Of a stretch of 64,000 nt of DNA, positions 43,555-54,918 are shown piece by piece. Source of the stretch: an uncultured cyanobacterium (lineage in GTDB: Bacteria; Cyanobacteriota; Cyanobacteriia; Cyanobacteriales; Cyanobacteriaceae); NCBI GenBank assembly GCA_963710605.1, contig CAVQBA010000004.1, positions 768,001 through 832,000 on the forward strand, read 5' to 3'. The translations under genes and the position numbers were made by a program. Each line of letters opens with the position of its first letter. Position 1 is the stretch's first letter. The notes below the pieces were generated by a model that saw only the letters and a list, made by a program, of their open reading frames with translations, was not told where the DNA came from and did no database searches.

Positions 43555-43980
43555 TTATGAAGGTAACTCCCCGCTTTTGTATTCGTCAGCTACTGTTGCA
43601 ACTAAAGTTATTGCACGTGAAATTTCACTAGCCGACAAATCATCCACAGTACGTTGAGCAGACACTACCACTTGTTCGTTCATAATAGCAAAAGAAGTTT
43701 CAAATGTACTACTCCAATTTAGTTCTAATAACTGACGCATGGTTTGAGATTCGTTATCTAAAGGTAAAGACAAAACGACAGACCAAACTGTAAACAAGTC
43801 ATCACTATTTTCTCCTGTCAGTTGTACAAAAACTTCAACATCACTATATTGAAACTTCCAAAGATGAGCATTCTCATTCTTTTGCACCATCGCACTGTCA
43901 TTTTCTTCTAAGCTATAAATAACAGTTTCAATTTCTTCTTGATGACTCACTTGAGAAGAGTAGGTTTCGGTAGTATCCAT
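43555..43980 (-). CDS. YbjN/CesT-like chaperone-fold protein
   Basis: WKFQY..VEVFVQLTG, LLELNW, EISRAITLVATVADEY. Confidence 0.8.
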   Translation of the reverse strand: MDTTETYSSQVSHQEEIETVIYSLEENDSAMVQKNENAHLWKFQYSDVEVFVQLTGENSDDLFTVWSVVLSLPLDNESQTMRQLLELNWSSTFETSFAIMNEQVVVSAQRTVDDLSASEISRAITLVATVADEYKSGELPS

Positions 43981-44099
43981 TATTTAAATCTTCGATATTT
44001 GACGTTAAATTCTCAACACTACTTTAGCATTTTCTGCTTATTTTTGGTCTATGTCTTTTGGATAATCTATAACCATGAATGGGGAATTGAGAATAGTTA

Positions 44100-45053
44100 T
44101 TAATTACTGATTACGGTAAACAAAATTACAACACCAAATACTAAACGATACCAAACAAAAACCCATGTACTTTGACGTTGTAAATAACTTATCAACCAAG
44201 CAATAGAGAGATAAGAGAAAATACCCGAAGAGATTAAACCGATAATCAAAGGAATAATTCCAATACTGCCAGCGTCTCCTGTAAAAACATCTTTAAGTTC
44301 AACTAATCCAGCTAAGGTAATAGCGGGAATACCCAAGAGAAAAGAAAATCGAGCCGCCGTCGCTCTTTCTAGATTTAAAAACAACCCAGCGGTAATAGTT
44401 GAGCCTGAACGAGATACTCCCGGTATCAGTGCTAATGATTGAGCAAAACCAATTATAATTCCATCAAGAGTAGTTAGGTTTTCAAAATTGCGTTGATTGT
44501 TACTAATTTTTTCGGCTAATCCTAATAATAATGCCATAACAATTGAAGCGATCGCAATAGTAGTCATGCTACGAAAAGCGGAATTATCTAAGTCAGGAAC
44601 AAATATCTTTAATGATAAACCTAAAATAACGATCGGAATCGTACCAATCAAGATACCTGTAATAATTTTAAACTCTTGAGCTTGATAATTTTTTGTTTTA
44701 AATGCTTTACTAACTCCCTGTGCTAAGTTGCTTAAATCTTGCCAAAAATACCACAAGACAGCGACTATACTACCTAGTTGAATAATAGCGGTAAAAGTTA
44801 CGCCCGGATCGCCCCAACCTAAAGCCACAGGAATGACTTTGAGGTGAGCTGTACTACTAATGGGGATAAATTCTGTTAATCCCTGTACCATGCCCAAGAC
44901 TAAAGCTTGAAAAATATTAATTTCTGTAGTTGAGTTAGTAACTACTGGAGAAAGCGACTGAGATAGACTAATAGAATGAGTTAAACAAACTAACAATATT
45001 CCCCCAGTGATACCCGAAATCAAGGTAAAAAAATCGGAATTAGATTTAGACAT
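44100..45053 (-). CDS. uppP: Undecaprenyl-diphosphate phosphatase
   Basis: VQGLTEFIPISSTAH, PGVSRSGSTI, AARFSFLL. Confidence 0.97.
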   Translation of the reverse strand: MSKSNSDFFTLISGITGGILLVCLTHSISLSQSLSPVVTNSTTEINIFQALVLGMVQGLTEFIPISSTAHLKVIPVALGWGDPGVTFTAIIQLGSIVAVLWYFWQDLSNLAQGVSKAFKTKNYQAQEFKIITGILIGTIPIVILGLSLKIFVPDLDNSAFRSMTTIAIASIVMALLLGLAEKISNNQRNFENLTTLDGIIIGFAQSLALIPGVSRSGSTITAGLFLNLERATAARFSFLLGIPAITLAGLVELKDVFTGDAGSIGIIPLIIGLISSGIFSYLSIAWLISYLQRQSTWVFVWYRLVFGVVILFTVISN

Positions 45054-45093
45054 TGATCAATAAATAGTCAAAATTATCACAACGAGCTTTAGA

Positions 45094-46209
45094 TTATAAC
45101 GTTTTTTGTATTTCTGCTACTTTTTCTAGATTTCCTTGTTGCTCATAAATTGCTTTAGCACGCATGAATAGAGATTGTGCTTCGGCATTACGCCCTCTTT
45201 GTTTTAGAAGTAATCCTAGACGATGATAACCGTGAGGATTTTGGGGTGCTATTTCCACAAAACGACGATAAGCAACAATGGCTTGAATGTAATTTTCTTG
45301 TTGTTCGTAAATTCTGGCAATTCCACCATAAGCAGGTAAGGATTTGTTATCTAAAGCGGATGCTTTTTCATAAGCATTTAGTGCTTTGTCATAATCATTT
45401 AATTGTTCGTAAATAATACCTGTTTTTAAAATTAGTTGAGAATTATCAGGATTAGAAACTGTGAGCATATTTAATTGCTCTAAACCTTTATTTAATTGGT
45501 TTTCTCTTAAATAGGCGGTAGCTAATTTTAGTCTTAAATCTTGGTTTGCTGGAAATGTGTTTAAAGCTGATTCAATAAAATTAATGGCTTGAGTATTTTT
45601 CTTTTGCTGATAAAGTGAGGTTGCCATCAAATCATATGCTGTTTCATTTTTTGGTTGAAGTGCGACAATACGTTCAAAATAGTTTTCTATTTCTTGATAT
45701 TGTTCATTTCTCAGAAGTAAAACGCCTAAAGCAATTAAAGTATCTACATTATCAGGTTGTAATTTTAAGACTTGGTTATAAGTATTTATCGCTTGAGTAT
45801 CTTGTTTCATCTGAGCCAAGCTATAAGCTAAACCATATAAAAAATCAGCATTTTTTGGAGCTAGGGCAACTGCTTTTTCATATGCACCTGCGGCGGCAGG
45901 ATAGTTTTGTGTGGAGGCGTATAAGTAACCCATTCCTGAAAATATTTTAGCATTACGATCGTCGATCGTTGATGCTTGACGATAAGCATTTAATGCATTA
46001 TCTAAATCGCCTTTTTTGACATATTTTCTACCTTGGTTGAGTAACTTAGATAATTTTTCTTGTTGCTGAGAATTTAATCTAGTCGCTCTAATTGCTTCAT
46101 TGTTTGTTTGTGCCAATGAGGAACTATTTAGGCTGACTACGCTTAAACTGCCTAAAAGTAAAGATATAACTAGTTGAGAAATAATTGTCTTACGCACTCG
46201 CTTTAACAA
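45094..46209 (-). CDS. Exported TPR-repeat protein
   Basis: Signal peptide followed by repeated 34-aa TPR units. Confidence 0.9.
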   Translation of the reverse strand: MLKRVRKTIISQLVISLLLGSLSVVSLNSSSLAQTNNEAIRATRLNSQQQEKLSKLLNQGRKYVKKGDLDNALNAYRQASTIDDRNAKIFSGMGYLYASTQNYPAAAGAYEKAVALAPKNADFLYGLAYSLAQMKQDTQAINTYNQVLKLQPDNVDTLIALGVLLLRNEQYQEIENYFERIVALQPKNETAYDLMATSLYQQKKNTQAINFIESALNTFPANQDLRLKLATAYLRENQLNKGLEQLNMLTVSNPDNSQLILKTGIIYEQLNDYDKALNAYEKASALDNKSLPAYGGIARIYEQQENYIQAIVAYRRFVEIAPQNPHGYHRLGLLLKQRGRNAEAQSLFMRAKAIYEQQGNLEKVAEIQKTL

Positions 46210-46473
46210 ACTCCATTTAACTTAAAGATTCTTAATATTAACATACAACTGTCAATTTTACGCATAAAAAAAATCTTAAAAATAACTTTTTTTGAGCCGA
46301 TCGATTAGTCGTATAGCATAATACCTATTAGAGAGTATCTAATACTAGTTAAGTAATTGATCATAAATAATAAAGACATAGTAATACTACGTCTTTATAT
46401 TAAAAAAAAGTTATCGATTTAAGCTGTTTATTTTTTAAGCCTGATTTTAAATCTATTTTTTAAACTCAATAAT

Positions 46474-47130
46474 TTACAAATAATTTTTTGCTTCCTGAGC
46501 GACAAGATTAGATTCATCTTCAGCTAAACTAATTAAAGTTTTTTGAGCTTCATCTCCGCCTAATTTACCTAAAGCTTGAGCTAAACGATGACGTACTTGC
46601 CAATCTGTATTGTCAGCAAACCCAACCAGCAAATCAACTGCTTTATGATTGCCTAACTCACCTAAAGCACTAATAGCTGTAGTTTGTAATAATGCGTTAT
46701 CAGATTCTAGTGCCTCTTTTAACAAATCAAAACCGTCTTCGTGTCCTAATTCTCCTAAGGCGGCTAAAATACTAAATTGAATCAGCCAGTCAGAAGTATC
46801 GTTATAAACTTTTTTTAAATCAGGAAAAGCTTGGGTAAGTTTTAACCCACCAATAGCATCAGCGGCGGCGGCACGGACATCAGATTCAGGATCATTGTAT
46901 AATCTCTCTTTAATTATTTCTAATGATTCTTCCTTATTGACATCACCTAAAGTATCCATTTGAGAAACAGCCGCATATCTTACTCTAACATTGTCATCTT
47001 TAACAAGGGGTTTAATCAATTCGTAAGCTGTTTTTTTGTCAATATTTCTCAATTCATTGATACCCTTGATACGCTCACCAAAATCTTCAGAATAAAGTAG
47101 TTGTTTAATTGATTCAGGAGTAAGACTCAT
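46474..47130 (-). CDS. nblB: HEAT-repeat phycobilisome degradation protein
   Basis: LLYSEDFGER, RVRYAAVSQ, DVRAAAADAIGGL, DWQVRHRLAQALG. Confidence 0.85.
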   Translation of the reverse strand: MSLTPESIKQLLYSEDFGERIKGINELRNIDKKTAYELIKPLVKDDNVRVRYAAVSQMDTLGDVNKEESLEIIKERLYNDPESDVRAAAADAIGGLKLTQAFPDLKKVYNDTSDWLIQFSILAALGELGHEDGFDLLKEALESDNALLQTTAISALGELGNHKAVDLLVGFADNTDWQVRHRLAQALGKLGGDEAQKTLISLAEDESNLVAQEAKNYL

Positions 47131-47291
47131 ATTATCTAATTTCTTTATTAAAAATTGTTTATAATTCCATTGTAATACTTATCAACTATTTATAGTTTAG
47201 GTGTTAGTTGTTAGGTATTAGGTAGATAATAATTGACAATTGACAATTGATAATTGATAATTAACAGTTTTTACTCATTACTCATTACTCA

Positions 47292-47750
47292 TTATTCCAG
47301 TGCCATTTCTCTAATAATATCGCCTTGAGTAACAATTCCAATTACCTTACCTTGATTATCGATTACAGGAAGACGACGAATCTCTTTATGATGTAAAATT
47401 TGAGCTGCTTCTTTGACTTTACGGTTACTTTTAATCGTAATTGGTTTTTCACTCATTACATCGCCAACAGTTTGCCCTAATGCTTTATGTATTTGTTTTT
47501 CGTAATGCTTAGGGTTTTGTAGATAGATAATGCTATCAAGTATCATAATGTATGGTGGTGGTTCAACACCGCTTTCTTGCCACATTAAGTCACTTTCTGA
47601 TAGCATTCCGACTAAATTATCATCTTCATCTACCACAGGTAAACCACTAATTTTATGTTTAGCTAGAATTGCGATCGCATCACTCAAGTTAGTTGTTGGC
47701 GTTACAGTAATAGGCGTAGGAGTCATGACATCGAGAATAGTTTTATCCAT
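47292..47750 (-). CDS. CBS-pair protein
   Basis: ISGLPVVD, IRRLPVID, GIVTQGDII. Confidence 0.92.
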   Translation of the reverse strand: MDKTILDVMTPTPITVTPTTNLSDAIAILAKHKISGLPVVDEDDNLVGMLSESDLMWQESGVEPPPYIMILDSIIYLQNPKHYEKQIHKALGQTVGDVMSEKPITIKSNRKVKEAAQILHHKEIRRLPVIDNQGKVIGIVTQGDIIREMALE

Positions 47751-47999
47751 AATGAAATTAGTGTTTGAAGGAGCGATTTGTTAATCATTTTATCAAGAAT
47801 TAACCAGAACACGGCTAAATCGTTTCAATTATTTACCCGCTCAAGATACAATGAGCAATGAATAACAAATGTTTAATCGATCATGCAATCTTTTATTAAT
47901 TATGAATAAAATGCTGTATGATGCGAAAACACTTGAGTTTCAAACCTTTACTGTTTATAAACTTTAACTTGAGTTGATTTTTATTAAAGATAAATTTGA

Positions 48000-49112
48000 A
48001 TGCACATAGCTTGGCTAGGAAAAAAATCCCCTTTTTGTGGCAATGTTACTTACAGCAGAGAGATTACTAATTGTCTGATAACTAGAGGCTATCAGGTAAG
48101 TTTTCTTCATTTTAGCCAAGATGATGATGATTCTTCTACTCAGGAAAATTATGTTGCTGAGGTTAATCTTCCGTTTTTATACAAATCGCAAATTTATACA
48201 ATTCCCGCTCCTAAATCGACTAAAATTTTATTACAAGCACTGAAGAAGTTAAAACCTGATTTAGTTCATGCTTCTTTGACTTTGTCTCCTCTCGATTTTA
48301 CTTTACCTGAAATTTGCCACAAACTAAATATTCCTTTAGTCGCTACTTTTCATCCACCTTTTGATAGTCGTTTACGTAATCTAAAATCTAGTACTCAATA
48401 TCTAACTTATCAGTTATATGCTCCTTGTCTTGCTAAGTATCATAAAACGATCGTTTTTTCACAAATGCAAAAAGATTTATTAGTTAAGTTAGGTGTACCT
48501 CAAAACAAGCTAGAAATTATTCCTAATGGCGTTGATACTCAAAAATATACTACAGGTTATTCTTATTTTAAGCATCAATATCTGCATCAACAATTGTTTG
48601 TTTATCAGGGAAGAATAGCTGTCGAAAAAAACATTGAATCTTTACTCAAAGCATGGAAACAATGTTCAATGGGAGAAAATGCCAAGTTATTAATGATGGG
48701 CGATGGGCATTTAAGTCCTAATCTAAAACCGATTTATAATCAAGATGAGGGGATTATTTGGCTAGGTACGATCGTTGATGAAGAAAAAAGAATTGATATT
48801 TTACGTAGTGCTGATGTATTTATTTTGCCTTCTTTGGTCGAAGGATTATCATTATCATTACTAGAAGCAATGGCTTGTGGCTTAGCTTGTGTTGCGACTG
48901 ACGCAGGTGCTGATGGAGAAGTTTTAGCTAAAGCAGGAATAGTCCTTGATACCCATGATGTCACCAGTCAATTAAAAACCATTTTACCCTTATTTTCTCA
49001 CCATCCTGAAATGAGTATTATGTTAGGTAAAAAAGCTAGACAAAGAGTTTTGGATAAATATACCCTAAGCGGTAATGTAACTAAATTAGAACAACTTTAT
49101 CGACGATTATAA
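48000..49112 (+). CDS. Glycosyltransferase family 4
   Basis: IIPNGVD, GRIAVEKN, PSLVEGLSLSLLEAMACG. Confidence 0.93.
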   Translation: MHIAWLGKKSPFCGNVTYSREITNCLITRGYQVSFLHFSQDDDDSSTQENYVAEVNLPFLYKSQIYTIPAPKSTKILLQALKKLKPDLVHASLTLSPLDFTLPEICHKLNIPLVATFHPPFDSRLRNLKSSTQYLTYQLYAPCLAKYHKTIVFSQMQKDLLVKLGVPQNKLEIIPNGVDTQKYTTGYSYFKHQYLHQQLFVYQGRIAVEKNIESLLKAWKQCSMGENAKLLMMGDGHLSPNLKPIYNQDEGIIWLGTIVDEEKRIDILRSADVFILPSLVEGLSLSLLEAMACGLACVATDAGADGEVLAKAGIVLDTHDVTSQLKTILPLFSHHPEMSIMLGKKARQRVLDKYTLSGNVTKLEQLYRRL

Positions 49113-49135
49113 ATAGTTAATAATTAATAGCTACA

Positions 49136-49170
49136 CAGCATTTGGGCTGATAACAAAACACCAAATGCTG
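49136..49170. terminator. Hairpin between convergent genes
   Basis: CAGCATTTGG...CCAAATGCTG, 10-bp stem. Confidence 0.55.
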
Positions 49171-49213
49171 ATTCTTATATTCTAACTTCATGATTAATTA
49201 TTAATTCTCTAAA

Positions 49214-52200
49214 CTAGCTAAAAAAGAAACTAGCACTGTTAGCAGAAGCTAAACTACTTCCTTCAACACCTAAGTGGCTAGAATTCAAATCATTAACATC
49301 GACTAAAGTTGCTAACAAACTACCAGTTGCAAAATTATTATCTTCTGCAATACCATTACCGATGAATAGATTAGTATCATCACCAACCACTTGAACATCG
49401 ATAAAAGGTATTCTTTTAAAGTACAACAAATCAATACCTGTTTCAAAATCGAAAATAGTATCTTGACCTTCATCAACTTTGTATTCTACGGTATCAACAA
49501 AACCATCATTTGTTCCTAAAAATAGCTGATCATCACCTTGTCCACCCTTTAAAGTGTCATTTCCTTTGTTACCGATTAATGTATCGTCGCCATTGTTACC
49601 AGATAAATAATTGTTTTTATCGTTACCGATAATTTCTTCATTATAACTACTACCACTACCGTTAATGTTATTATTACCTGTTAAAACTAGTTTTTCTATA
49701 TGATCTCTTAATCGATAAGAAGCAGAACTTATAACAGTATCTGTACCTTGGTCTGATCTTTCTACAACTAGATCATTTGTTTCATCTACATAATATAAGT
49801 CGTCACCTCGTCCACCAATCATTCGATCAACATCAATACCACCGTCTATAGTATCATTACCATCTAAAGTCATTAAAAAATCTTGACCTTCATAAGTACT
49901 AATTAGATTATCAGCTTTGTTACCCTTAATCCTGTTATCAAGAGAATTTCCTAATCCATTTAAATTATCTGTACCCTGTAAGGTTAAATCTTCAAAGTTA
50001 CTAGGTAAAGTATAATCGACCGAACTATTGACTTTATCTAAACCTTCATCTGGTTTTTCAATAATAAGATCATCTTGATTATCTATGTAATAAGTATCAT
50101 TTCCTAATCCGCCACTCATCGTATCACGACCAATATCACCATCTAGAATATCATTTCCTTCATTTCCTTCTAGCCAATCGTTACCTTTTTGCCCGTCTAA
50201 TTTGTTTGTTACATTATTTCCTATTAATGTATTGTTTGCATTATTACCGTAACCGGTAATCTTCTTATTTCCTGTCAAAATCAGTGTTTCTAGGTTGTTG
50301 CGCATACGATAATCAACTGAAGTAAATACTGTATCTAAACCTTGATTAGGTTCTTCTTTAACAAAATCACTTCTACTGGTCAACATAATAAGTATCGTTC
50401 CCGTTTCCACCAATTAATCGATCGACTTGTGTACCACCATCAAGGGTATCATCCCCACCGTTACCAACTAAAGTATCTTTACCTGCTAAACCTTCTATTT
50501 TTTGACTTTCGTCATTACCAGTTAGTGAATCATCTCCACTTGTACCAATAAGTGTATTAGGAGGTAGGGTTGGTTCAGTTGGTTCGGTTGGTGGTTCAGT
50601 TGGTTCGGTTGGTGGTTCAATTGGTGGTTCGGTTGGTGGTTCAATTAGCTCGGTTGGTTCAAAGGTATTATTAATGATATATTGCCCTAAGCTACCATAA
50701 TCACTATAACCACTTGGATTACTTGATAAGGGATTTCCTGTACCAACTCCATCAATTTTTAAATAATAAGTACCTGAATCTAGAGACAAATCAGTAAACT
50801 CAGCCCAAAGATAATCTGTCGGGTTAGATTGAGCAACTAATGAATCTGAATCATCATAAATTCCGGCCCAAATATCCAAGTTAGAACCGTAGCTGGTGAA
50901 ATATTCAGTGTCATAGTTATTACCATTAGTAATGTAAGCACGAGAAGCAGAAGTAATATTTAAAGAAATAACTCCAGCACCAACTGTGAATTTGAAAACA
51001 TCAAGATCATCGTTACGTTCAATAATCCCAAATGTTCGATCGCTATTCAAAACTAAATCGGTAGCTGAATTGTTGGCATCACCATGATCATCCTCACGAT
51101 AACTAAAGCCGTTACCATTAGCAATAACATCTAAGTCATCTTGATTTTCAGTTCCACCGTAATATGAACTACCACGACTCCATTGAGTTACGTTTTCGTC
51201 ATAGCCGATAAAACCTGCACCCATAATTGGAGCCCAGCTTGTTTCACCTCTAGTATGTCCAGCATAATATTGTGAAGAGTTTTGACCATCATGGCGTAAG
51301 TTTAGAGCATGACCTACTTCATGAGAAATAGTTTCTCCTCCTGCATAAGCACTACTGTTAAATACTAAAGCAACTTCATCCGAGCCCCAGTTAAAACTGT
51401 TGTAATAAGCAGTACCACCACCACCTGCGTTTTGAATATTTTGATTAGTATCAAGATTAAGATTTTTAGTGATTGCGACTCGAATACCCCAAGTGGGATC
51501 GTTATAACTGGTTCTTTTTAAATCGTTTAAATCGGTTGGCTCTTCGGTAGTAACGTTGATGTTAAAAGGAGCAAAATCTTCGGCTACTCTTCGCCACATT
51601 TTTTGAATATTATTTAATTCTGAGTCGCTAAAGTTATTTGCATCGCTATCAGTACTATAAGCTCTTAATCTCAAAGAATTATTATCTTCCCAAGTACTAT
51701 TTGGTGAATAATGACCATCAAAATCTAAATAGATTGTATGGTTAGCGGTAGGGTTACTATGCAATTTAAAAATATTGCTATTATCGATTGTTGTTTCCAG
51801 TGTGGGATTATTGCTAGCTACTTCTGCTTGATTTGATTCGTCTTCATCATCAGCTAGAGGATAAAAACAGGCTTCACAATTACAATTATTGTCATGAATA
51901 TGATTATCCAAATGAGATTCAAAACTACCTACATTTAAAGAAATAGGAGTACGGTTTTGAGTATCTGATTCTAGACTAGATTGATTATTGTTTAGTTGTG
52001 TTTCGATCATTGTTATTATTTCTGATAAAGATGTCTTTTGTAAAAGTTGTTCGTTGATGTATAAAGTTTGTGCTTCTAAAGCATAATCTGTGTTGGTATT
52101 ACCAAAAAATTGTTCTGAGACGATTGCTACTTTTGTTGAGGATAGTATTTCGTTTGGTAATTGATTGATTTGTTGTTGCCAATTATTGATGTCTATATTA

Positions 52201-52334
52201 CTGTCTTCTTGAGCAAAACTTTCTAAGTTAAGAAAAAATAAATTTAAATCTTCAAATTCTTGGATTAAATAATTTTCTAAATTTGTTGTCTCAATATTTA
52301 TTTCTTGGCTTTTATCTAGACTTAGATTCTGCAT
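49214..52334 (-). pseudogene. Secreted zinc metalloprotease with PPC-like domain and RTX Ca-binding repeats, split by a +1 frameshift (or sequence error)
   Basis: HEVGHALNLRH, WAPIMG Met-turn, GGxGxD repeats; removing one base at 50378-50379 restores DTYYVDSRSDFVKE and a 1039-aa ORF. Confidence 0.85.
50568..50660 (-). repeat. Coding 9/12-bp tandem repeat (PTE/PPTE linker)
   Basis: EPTELIEPPTEPPIEPPTEPTEPPTEPTEPT. Confidence 0.9.
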
Positions 52335-52855
52335 ACTAACTAAATATTTATTTTTTGCTGTCTATGTTAGTTTCCCTATTTTGCTAAAAAAATACATCGG
52401 TGCAAATAACTATATTTTGTTGTGATCTTTAACACAATTATTTTGAGTTCACGGATATAACATTGGTAAGCTGTAATCAATATCAACAAATATCTATCCC
52501 TTGAGTACCGAATATCTATCTAAGGGTTTATTTTTTAAAAAATTACTATCTACCTTATTGTGTACGTATTACTACTTACATATTATTACGTAGCTTTATA
52601 TTAAAAGAATAAATTACTGATTAATAAATCAAGATATTTCACTCATAACAACAAAAATAAGTTTCACTACCGACAATAAAATGGTTGTTTTCAAAACAAT
52701 AACAATCTTAAATTTAGGGTAAGAAACGATTTCCCTTTGAGAAAATTGAATTATTACGATCGTAACAATTCAATAATCGGTATTCAAATTAATATTTTTT
52801 GATTTCATCTTCTGAGCAGTATAGTTTAGATCAGATGATCACAACTACTTAAACG

Positions 52856-53851
52856 TTAATCAATAATTTGGGTCAATAAAGATTGAAGAACTTCTGTTTT
52901 TAATCTAGCACCGTAGTTGCCGACTAGAGTTGCCGATGCACTAGAAGCAAGTTTTCCCGCTTGTGTCCAACTCAAACCATTGGTAATACCATAAAGTAAA
53001 CAACCTGCATACATATCTCCTGCCCCAATAGTATCAATGGCAGTAACTTCAAACGCAGGGATTTCAATTAATTCATTCCCATTGTAGATTAGTGAACCGT
53101 TTTTACCCCTAGTAATGGCAAAACAATTAGCGATCGTTTTCAAGTATGCGATCGCATCTTCAATTTTATCACTCTGAGCTATTTTTAAAGCTTCTAATTC
53201 ATTAGCGAATAATAAATCAACTCCATCGCCAATAATCGCCTGTATATTATCCCGAAAAAAATCAACCATATTCGGATCAGATAAAGAAAAAGCAGTTTTA
53301 ATCTTTGCTTGTTGGGCATATTTTTTAGCTGTAAGAGCAGTTTCTAAAGCGGTTGAGGAGGTAACTAAATAGCCCTCTATGTAAATGTATTCTGAGTCAG
53401 TTATAGCTTGTTTATTTAATTGTTCGGGAGCTAATTCGCTGGTAATCCCTAAAAAAGTTCCCATAGTTCGATCGGCATCTGGAGTTATCAAGACAAGACA
53501 TTTACCAGTAATTCCAGTAGGGCGATTATCTTTAGTCAAATTAGTATCTAAACCACAATCAACTAAGTCTTGTAAATAAAACGTTCCCATCTGATCATTA
53601 GCCGCCTTACAACAATAAAAACCTTTTCCTCCCAATTGACTTATGGCTACTAAAGTATTTGCCGCCGAACCGCCACTAGATTTTTTGGTAGCCGCATGAA
53701 GAGTTTCAATTACCTTAAATTGTTGTTGCTCATCCATCAATGTCATTACTCCTTTATCTATACCTAAAGTCGTTAATTGTTGAGGAGTTACGGTATATTC
53801 TAAATCAACTAAAGCATTACCGATACCGTAAACATTATATTTTTTATTCAT
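52856..53851 (-). CDS. PfkB-family (adenosine-kinase-like) kinase
   Basis: GNALVD, GGSAANT, FANELE, DTIGAGD. Confidence 0.93.
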   Translation of the reverse strand: MNKKYNVYGIGNALVDLEYTVTPQQLTTLGIDKGVMTLMDEQQQFKVIETLHAATKKSSGGSAANTLVAISQLGGKGFYCCKAANDQMGTFYLQDLVDCGLDTNLTKDNRPTGITGKCLVLITPDADRTMGTFLGITSELAPEQLNKQAITDSEYIYIEGYLVTSSTALETALTAKKYAQQAKIKTAFSLSDPNMVDFFRDNIQAIIGDGVDLLFANELEALKIAQSDKIEDAIAYLKTIANCFAITRGKNGSLIYNGNELIEIPAFEVTAIDTIGAGDMYAGCLLYGITNGLSWTQAGKLASSASATLVGNYGARLKTEVLQSLLTQIID

Positions 53852-54103
53852 CTTATTTATAATTAGCTACCAAAAATTTATCTTATAGTACTGAGTACTG
53901 GTATTGATTATAAATTGATAATCTTTGCTTAAATTATGATTGATTGTATAGTAGGATACACTTATTTATTAAGTTAGTGAGAATATTATCAACATAAATC
54001 GAAAACGATCGTCAATAATTAATAATAAAGACGTTACTTGTAACGTCTTGGTTTAAATATTTAAAAAGAAGAACTATATTTTTGATAACAATCGCTCAAA
54101 TGT

Positions 54104-54514
54104 TTAGCAATCGCTTAAATATTCGGATTTAATATAAACACTTGCTGGTGACTCAATTGGTACCCAACCGTCATATCCTTCATTAGCAATGATTACTTGT
54201 TGACCTTTATTGAAAGTACCCACTACTTCTCCGCCTGTAGGTTCGCTTACTACAGATACATTTTCTGTATTTACTTGACGACAATTACTTCCTTTTACTG
54301 TAACAACGCTTTCTCCTTCTACTGTGGGTTCACTTTCTCCTTCTACTACTGTTGTAACGTTTTCTTCTACTACTGTAGGCTCAGTTTCTTCAGTAATCTC
54401 AGTTTGTGTCTGTGAAGTCTCTGTTTCGCTTGGTGAACAGGCAGTTATTGTTGAAAATAAAATAGTACCTAAGACGATTGTACTAATGAACCTAGCTTTG
54501 CGATAATTATTCAT
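54104..54514 (-). CDS. Lipoprotein with one SH3b-like domain
   Basis: Lipobox ITAC, Glu/Thr-rich linker, NCRQV...NEGYDGWVPIESP...LSDC. Confidence 0.8.
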   Translation of the reverse strand: MNNYRKARFISTIVLGTILFSTITACSPSETETSQTQTEITEETEPTVVEENVTTVVEGESEPTVEGESVVTVKGSNCRQVNTENVSVVSEPTGGEVVGTFNKGQQVIIANEGYDGWVPIESPASVYIKSEYLSDC

Positions 54515-54640
54515 ACCGATTACCTCTATCTAAAAAAATATTTACAAGCAAAAATATACAAGATAAATAAACAAAAAACTAAAGTAAATTTATCTTTATA
54601 ATTAATTTAAAATATACGTTATTTACAATATATATTTGAT

Positions 54641-54684
54641 ATTGTAATTAATTCAGCTTTTATAAATATCTTCCCGGAGTTAGA
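54641..54684 (-). promoter_or_regulatory. 16-bp box plus -10 element
   Basis: TCTAACTCCGGGAAGA, 22 nt, TACAAT. Confidence 0.6.
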
Positions 54685-54918
54685 TTTATCGCTACGAAGT
54701 AACATAAACAGGTTGCAGAGCATTGCCTTTTGACAAATTATGAGTACATAAATTTAAGATAGTAGGGAGGTTATAATGTAACGTCCCTACAGCTAATCTA
54801 ATGAGTAATTATAAAGTAATTTAACTATAAGACAATACTTTTAATTCTAAAATAATAATTTAAAAAGTAAGTGTCATTTTCTTGATTACAATCGATGAGC
54901 ATATACTAACAATTCGAT

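Noticed and set aside
52562-52580. Two overlapping GTA-N8-TAC NtcA-like sites
   Set aside because: Such sites arise often by chance at this AT content and I found no correctly spaced promoter for the adjacent gene
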